A stretch of DNA of 64,000 bases, taken from Spirochaetia bacterium (GTDB lineage Bacteria > Spirochaetota > Spirochaetia > SZUA-6 > Bin103). The position numbers were made by a program, and so were the translations under genes. The notes under the pieces were generated by a model, which was not told where the DNA came from, did no database searches, and saw only the letters and a program-made list of their open reading frames with translations. Below, one piece after another: positions 59,355 through 64,000 of this stretch. The stretch is taken from assembly GCA_965199955.1 (NCBI GenBank), contig CBDATQ010000001.1, forward strand, positions 224,001 to 288,000, read 5' to 3'. Position 1 is the stretch's first letter. The number at the start of each line of letters is the position of its first letter.

Positions 59355-60746
59355 ATGAACGGCCGAAGAGCGGGCAGAGTCACCCTGGTCGGCGCCGGTC
59401 CGGGCGACCCCGGCCTGCTGACCGAGCGCGGCCGGGCGGCGCTGATGGCGGCCGACGACGTGGTCTACGACGCCCTGGTCTCGGAGCGGATCGTCGCGTC
59501 CTGCGGCGCCCGGCGGCACTACGTCGGCAAGCGGGCCGGCGCTCAGGGGCAGCCGCAGGCAGATATCCAGGCGCTTCTGGTCCGGCTCGCCCGCGCCGGC
59601 CGTGCGGTCTGCCGGCTCAAGGGCGGCGATCCGTTCCTCTTCGGGCGCGGCGGTGAGGAGGTGGAAGCGCTGCAGCGCGCCGGCATCGACTACGAGGTGA
59701 TCCCCGGCGTGGCGGCCGCCCTGGGCGCCGCCGCCTACTGCGGCGTCGCGCTGACGCACCGGGAACGTTCCTCCTCCGTGGCGTTCTGCACCGGTCACGC
59801 CGAACCGATCCCGGTGCCGGCCGTGGACACCATCGTCTACTACATGGCGGCCGCGTCGCTGGCGCGGGTCGCCGGCGCGGTGCTGGATGCGGGGTGGCCG
59901 GCGGCAACCCCGGTCCTGATCGTCCGTGACGCGACGCTGCCGGGCCAGCAAAGCACGCTGACCAGCCTGGAGCTCATCCGCGCGGGTGAAGCCGCCGCCG
60001 CCTCGCCCAGCGTGATCGTCGTCGGAGGCGCGGCGGGGGCTCCATTCGACGCGGCGGAAGGCGGCTGGTACGCCGCCCGGCCCAAGGTACTGGTGACCGG
60101 GACGCGGACCGAACCGTTCGCGCACCTCGGAGAGCCGATCCATACCCCGCTCGTCGCTACCGAGCCCGCCGCCGACCGCGACGCGGTGCGGCAGGCGATC
60201 GACCGGCTGGAGGAGATCGACCACGTCGCCTTCACCAGCCGTCGCGCGGTCGGCTTCTTCCTCCGGGAGCTTCGCGCCGCCGGCCGCGACGCGCGCGCGC
60301 TGGCCGGCCGGACGATCGCCGCCGTCGGCGAAGCCACGGCCGCGGAGCTCTCCCGCCGGGGGCTGGCCGCCGACCTGACCGGGGCGGGCAACGGCGCCGC
60401 CGGGCTGCTGGCCGCCTACGCCGCGGCCGGCGTCAGCGGCGCGCGCATCCTGCTGCCGGCGTCGGACCTGGCCCGTGACACGCTGGCGGCCGGGCTGCGC
60501 GCCGCCGGCAACCGGGTCGACGAGGTGGCCGTCTACCGGACGGTGCCGCGCGCGGACGCAGCGCGCGAGAAGCTTGCCGGCATCTCGCTGGTGGCGTTCT
60601 CTTCACCGTCGGGCGTGGCCGCCTTCCGGGATCTCTACGGAGCGCGCCTGCCGGATCACCTGGAGCTCGTGGTGCTGGGTGAGCTGACCGCGCGCGCGGC
60701 CCGCGACGCCTACCCGGCGCATACGGTGCGCGGACTCGGGGGATAA
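59355..60746 (+). CDS. cobA: Uroporphyrinogen-III C-methyltransferase / synthase fusion (CobA-HemD)
   Basis: LVGAGPGDPGLLT, RLKGGDPF.FGRGGEE; then FTS, AVGEATA, VYRT, FSSPS. Confidence 0.9.
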   Translation: MNGRRAGRVTLVGAGPGDPGLLTERGRAALMAADDVVYDALVSERIVASCGARRHYVGKRAGAQGQPQADIQALLVRLARAGRAVCRLKGGDPFLFGRGGEEVEALQRAGIDYEVIPGVAAALGAAAYCGVALTHRERSSSVAFCTGHAEPIPVPAVDTIVYYMAAASLARVAGAVLDAGWPAATPVLIVRDATLPGQQSTLTSLELIRAGEAAAASPSVIVVGGAAGAPFDAAEGGWYAARPKVLVTGTRTEPFAHLGEPIHTPLVATEPAADRDAVRQAIDRLEEIDHVAFTSRRAVGFFLRELRAAGRDARALAGRTIAAVGEATAAELSRRGLAADLTGAGNGAAGLLAAYAAAGVSGARILLPASDLARDTLAAGLRAAGNRVDEVAVYRTVPRADAAREKLAGISLVAFSSPSGVAAFRDLYGARLPDHLELVVLGELTARAARDAYPAHTVRGLGG

Positions 60747-60753
60747 CGCCCTC

Positions 60754-61650
60754 TCAACGGATGACGCGTTCCAGCAGCGCCCGGTCCCGGCGCCAGTTGC
60801 GCTGCACCTTGACGCGCAGGTCGAGCCGGACCGGCAGCCCCAGCACCCCGGTCAACTCCGCCTGCGCGCCTGAGCGGATCGCGGCGATGCGGCTGCCGCG
60901 CCGGCCGATCACGATCCCCTTCTGGGATTCGCGCTCGACGTTGAGGAAGGCGCGGACCCACACGCGCTGCGCCGACGTCTCCAGGTCGGCGACCTCCACG
61001 TACATCGCCTGCGGGAGCTCGTCGCGGGTGGCGCGGATGGCGTGGCCGCGGATCACCTCGCCCACGCGCAGCGCCTGCGGCTGGTCGGTGTAGCGGTCAT
61101 CCGGATACATGGGCGGCCCGGCCGGGCTCGCCGCGATGAGCCGGCCGACCAGCTCCTCGACTCCGCTGCCGGTGGCAGCCGAGATGCGATGCGCCGGTGC
61201 GTCCAGGAGATCTGCCGGAACCGCGGCGGCGCCGCTGCGCCCGTCGGCCGCCGGCAGGTCGGCCTTGCTCAGCGCCACCACCACCGGCCCGTCGAAGCCG
61301 TGCGCCAGCGCGACGATGGCGTCCTCTTCCGGGCCGCCGGCGCGCGTGGGGTCGATCACGGCCAGCACCAGGTCGACCTCCTGCAGGGTGGCCGCGGTCA
61401 GCGCCTGCATGCGGGCGTCGAACGGGCGCGTGGAGTCCTGAAAGCCCGGGGTGTCGATCAGCAGGAGCTGGCCGGCGCCGCGGGTGGCGATGCCGCGGAT
61501 GCGCGAGCGCGTGGTCTGCGGCGACGGCGCGACGATCGCCAGGTCGTGACCGCACATGCGGTTGATGAGGGTCGACTTGCCGGCCGACGGCCTCCCGATG
61601 ACCGCGACCGTACCGCTGCGGTGCTCGTCTCCAGGGCTCGGGCTAGCGAT
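60754..61650 (-). CDS. era: GTPase Era, probable ATC start
   Basis: G1 GRPSAGKST upstream of the first ATG, PQTTR, DTPG, SKAD, ISA, ELP, KH domain SQKGIVIG. Confidence 0.9.
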   Translation of the reverse strand: MASPSPGDEHRSGTVAVIGRPSAGKSTLINRMCGHDLAIVAPSPQTTRSRIRGIATRGAGQLLLIDTPGFQDSTRPFDARMQALTAATLQEVDLVLAVIDPTRAGGPEEDAIVALAHGFDGPVVVALSKADLPAADGRSGAAAVPADLLDAPAHRISAATGSGVEELVGRLIAASPAGPPMYPDDRYTDQPQALRVGEVIRGHAIRATRDELPQAMYVEVADLETSAQRVWVRAFLNVERESQKGIVIGRRGSRIAAIRSGAQAELTGVLGLPVRLDLRVKVQRNWRRDRALLERVIR

Positions 61651-62287
61651 CGCGGCGCTCCCGCGTGCGCGCCTGCCGGTCCAGGCTGTTGGCCCTGCGG
61701 GTCAGCGTGAGCCGGCGGCGCAGGCCGCGGTCCATCAGCAGCAGCATGTCCTGGGTGAGCTCCTCGAAGTGGTCGCTGTCGATGGCGGACAGCAGCGAGC
61801 CGTAGATCGAAAGCAGTAGCCGGCGCGTGTCGTGGTAGCGGCCGACCCGGAAGACCAGGCGGCGGATGCCGTCCGCCAGGATGTCGTCGATCAGGCCGCC
61901 GACGGACTGGAGCAGCCGCTGCCGGCGCCGGTTGCGCTCATCCGGCGACGGAAAGCCGAAGCGCCGTGTATCGGTCAGGACGCCGAGCAGCAAGGGGTTG
62001 CCGCGCAGCCCGAGGGTGATGAAGCGGTACAGGGCCTTGAGCTGGTTCATCGGATTCTTGAACCGTGCGATGACCGCTCGCGCCTGCAGCACCCCGCGGT
62101 CGGTGAGGCGGTCGAGGATGACGCCGAAGAAGGTCTCCTTGTCCGGGAAGTGGCTGTAGAACGCCCCGGTCGACACGCCCACCGCGGCGGCGACCTCCGC
62201 GATGGTGACGCCCCGGTAGCCGTGCTCGGCGAACAGGCGCTCGCCCGCCTGCAGGAGCTGCTCGCGGCGTTCCGGGGTCCCGGGCAT
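61643..62287 (-). CDS. TetR/AcrR family transcriptional regulator
   Basis: REQLL.AG..LFAE.GY..VTI.EVA..VGVS.GAFY.HFPDKE. Confidence 0.9.
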   Translation of the reverse strand: MPGTPERREQLLQAGERLFAEHGYRGVTIAEVAAAVGVSTGAFYSHFPDKETFFGVILDRLTDRGVLQARAVIARFKNPMNQLKALYRFITLGLRGNPLLLGVLTDTRRFGFPSPDERNRRRQRLLQSVGGLIDDILADGIRRLVFRVGRYHDTRRLLLSIYGSLLSAIDSDHFEELTQDMLLLMDRGLRRRLTLTRRANSLDRQARTRERRDR

Positions 62288-62293
62288 AGCCAC

Positions 62294-62316
62294 TGAATAT
62301 TACGTTCAAATATTCA
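62294..62316. promoter_or_regulatory. TetR operator candidate
   Basis: Perfect 8-bp inverted repeat TGAATATT-N7-AATATTCA overlapping a TAATAT -10 for tetR. Confidence 0.65.
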
Positions 62317-62498
62317 ATTCGCCCAGCACGCGACCGCGGCGTGAGTTGCGGGCCGCCGGGCGAAAAGGACGACCTCAGGCCACTCTCCCGACACCCGCTG
62401 CCTCCGACCCCGAACGCGACGGTGCGATGCCGTAGACGCGGGCGTTGCCCGCGGTAGAGGTTCGTCACGACATTGCGCCGGATTCGCGAGGATTTCCA

Positions 62499-63740
62499 AT
62501 GACCGACTTGTTCGAGAAGTGTCACGGCGAAGAAGGGTATTTCGGCCGCTTCCGGGCGGCCGGCGACCGCTATTTCTCCCAGCCGATCCTGGACTCCGCG
62601 CCGGGCCCTCACATGGTGTTCCAGGGCCGGCCGGTGATCATGTGGTCGGTCAACAGCTACCTGGGTCTGACCGGCAACGAGCGCATCCGCGACCGGGCGC
62701 GGCAGGCCCTGGAGCGGTACGGCACCTACTCGCCCATGGGGTCGCGCATGCTGACCGGCAACACGCAGGCGCACATCGACCTCGAGGAGCGGCTCGCCGC
62801 CTATTGCGGCAAGGACGCCGCCGTGCTGTTCAACTACGGCTATCTGGGCGTGACCGGCACCATCTCGTCCCTGATCGGACCCCTGGACGAGGTGATCATC
62901 GACAAGCTGTCGCACGCGTCGATGATCGACGGCACCGTGCAGGCGATGGCCGGGCGCCGCTTCCGGCCGTTCAGGCACAACGATCTGGAGAGCCTGGAAC
63001 GGCAGCTCGCCGCCTCTGCACGGCGCGAGCGCGGCGGCACCCTGGTGGTGGTCGAAGGGGTCTACGGCATGCGCGGCGACCTGGCCGACCTGCCCGGGAT
63101 CTGCGACCTGGCGAAGCGGTACGGCGCGCGCGTGTACTGCGACGACGCGCACGGCTTCGGGGTCATGGGCGCCACCGGACAGGGCACCGGCGAGCACTTC
63201 GGCGTGCAGGACGACATCGACCTGTACTTCGGGACCTTCGCCAAGGCGTTCGCGGCCATCGGCGGCGTGACCGCCGGCGAGCGGGCGGTCTGCGACTACA
63301 TCCGCTACAACGCCCGCTCCAACGTATTCGCGAAGAGCCTGCCCATGGTGTACGTGGAGGCGCTGACGGCCACCCTCGACGAGATCGAAGCGCACCCGGA
63401 GTACCGCGAGCACATGTGGCACATCGCCCGGCTGCTGCAGGACGGCCTGCGCGAGCTGGGCTTCGAGCTGGGCGACACCGCGTCGCCGATCACGCCGGTC
63501 TACATCCCGACCGACAAGGAAGAGACCGGCATGGCGATCCTGCAGACCCTGCGCGAGCGGTTCGGCATCTTCTGCTCCGGCGTCACCTATCCGGTGACCC
63601 CGCGGGGCGTGCACCTGTACCGGATGATCCCCACGGCCGCCCACACCGAGCAGGACGTCGCGGTGACCGTGGAGGCATTCAGGGCCATCCGCGACAGCTT
63701 CCGCCTGGACCTGGCGACCTGGGAGGCGAAGGCCGTCTGA
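62499..63740 (+). CDS. Alpha-oxoamine synthase (class II PLP aminotransferase), SulA/CapB-like cysteate acyltransferase candidate
   Basis: WS.N.YLGL, PMGSRM, NYGY, SHAS.IDG, HND, GVYGMRG, DDAHGFG, GTFAK, FAKSLPM. Confidence 0.85.
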   Translation: MTDLFEKCHGEEGYFGRFRAAGDRYFSQPILDSAPGPHMVFQGRPVIMWSVNSYLGLTGNERIRDRARQALERYGTYSPMGSRMLTGNTQAHIDLEERLAAYCGKDAAVLFNYGYLGVTGTISSLIGPLDEVIIDKLSHASMIDGTVQAMAGRRFRPFRHNDLESLERQLAASARRERGGTLVVVEGVYGMRGDLADLPGICDLAKRYGARVYCDDAHGFGVMGATGQGTGEHFGVQDDIDLYFGTFAKAFAAIGGVTAGERAVCDYIRYNARSNVFAKSLPMVYVEALTATLDEIEAHPEYREHMWHIARLLQDGLRELGFELGDTASPITPVYIPTDKEETGMAILQTLRERFGIFCSGVTYPVTPRGVHLYRMIPTAAHTEQDVAVTVEAFRAIRDSFRLDLATWEAKAV

Positions 63741-64000
63741 GCGCCGGACGCTCCACCGGACGCTCCACCGGGCGCGCCGCCTTCGCAATCGCCGCCGCTG
63801 CGCTGGTGCTCGCCGGCTGCGGACTGCGGGAGTTCGAGAACGAGTTCTCGTCCATGTCCACGTACGTGAGGATCACGGCGTACGCCCGCCGCGCGCCGGC
63901 GTGGGACGCGTTGCACCGGGCCACGGCGGCGTGGGTCCGCCAGCTCGATCACCGTGCCGAAGGCTCGGCGACGGCGATGCTCAATGAGAAAGGAATGCTG
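63737..64000 (+). CDS. apbE: ApbE-like FAD:protein FMN transferase lipoprotein, partial
   Basis: Manual translation: lipobox LAG-C, then SMSTYVRITAY...GSATAMLN, matching the ApbE N-terminal MGT/S..LN pattern; runs off the window. Confidence 0.6.
   Translation, partial: MSAGRSTGRSTGRAAFAIAAAALVLAGCGLREFENEFSSMSTYVRITAYARRAPAWDALHRATAAWVRQLDHRAEGSATAMLNEKGML

Overview
High-GC bacterial chromosomal window, mostly housekeeping and metabolic genes. Class I LysRS, FabV, a two-domain ArgA and a spirochaete-style Hsp70-like ORF suggest a high-GC member of Spirochaetota, possibly host- or sponge-associated (inference). Content in order: acyl-CoA carboxylase fragment, ABC-2 exporter, recQ broken by one in-frame TAG, trmH-fabV-IMPase, thuA, a PLP desulfhydrase-like gene, two xylonate-pathway dehydratases, a ~4.5 kb decayed mosaic island (13.1-17.6 kb: IS left end, Rep-like pseudogene, HD dNTPase remnant), pntAB, lhgO divergent from a methyltransferase-bshC-bshA-hemC-sbcD/sbcC-like run, argA-proC-proA-proB-pelD-like-hsp70-like, two tandem beta-barrel OMPs, FGE plus PhyH, aroA, ridA, a divergent pyrG with an acyltransferase, lpdA, folC, M48 protease, tRNA(CAT), uncharacterised catabolic genes, lysS, rpiA, bcp, mnmA, cobA/hemD, era, tetR, an alpha-oxoamine synthase and the start of apbE. 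Best leads: a probable N-methyl-bacillithiol operon, a SulA/CapB-like cysteate acyltransferase (sulfonolipid synthesis outside Bacteroidota), an orphan PelD-like receptor coupled to an Hsp70-like ORF, non-canonical start codons (ATC for era, CTG for apbE) and many apparently leaderless genes. No CRISPR array or rRNA was seen. Family calls come from recognising motifs by eye; no searches were run.
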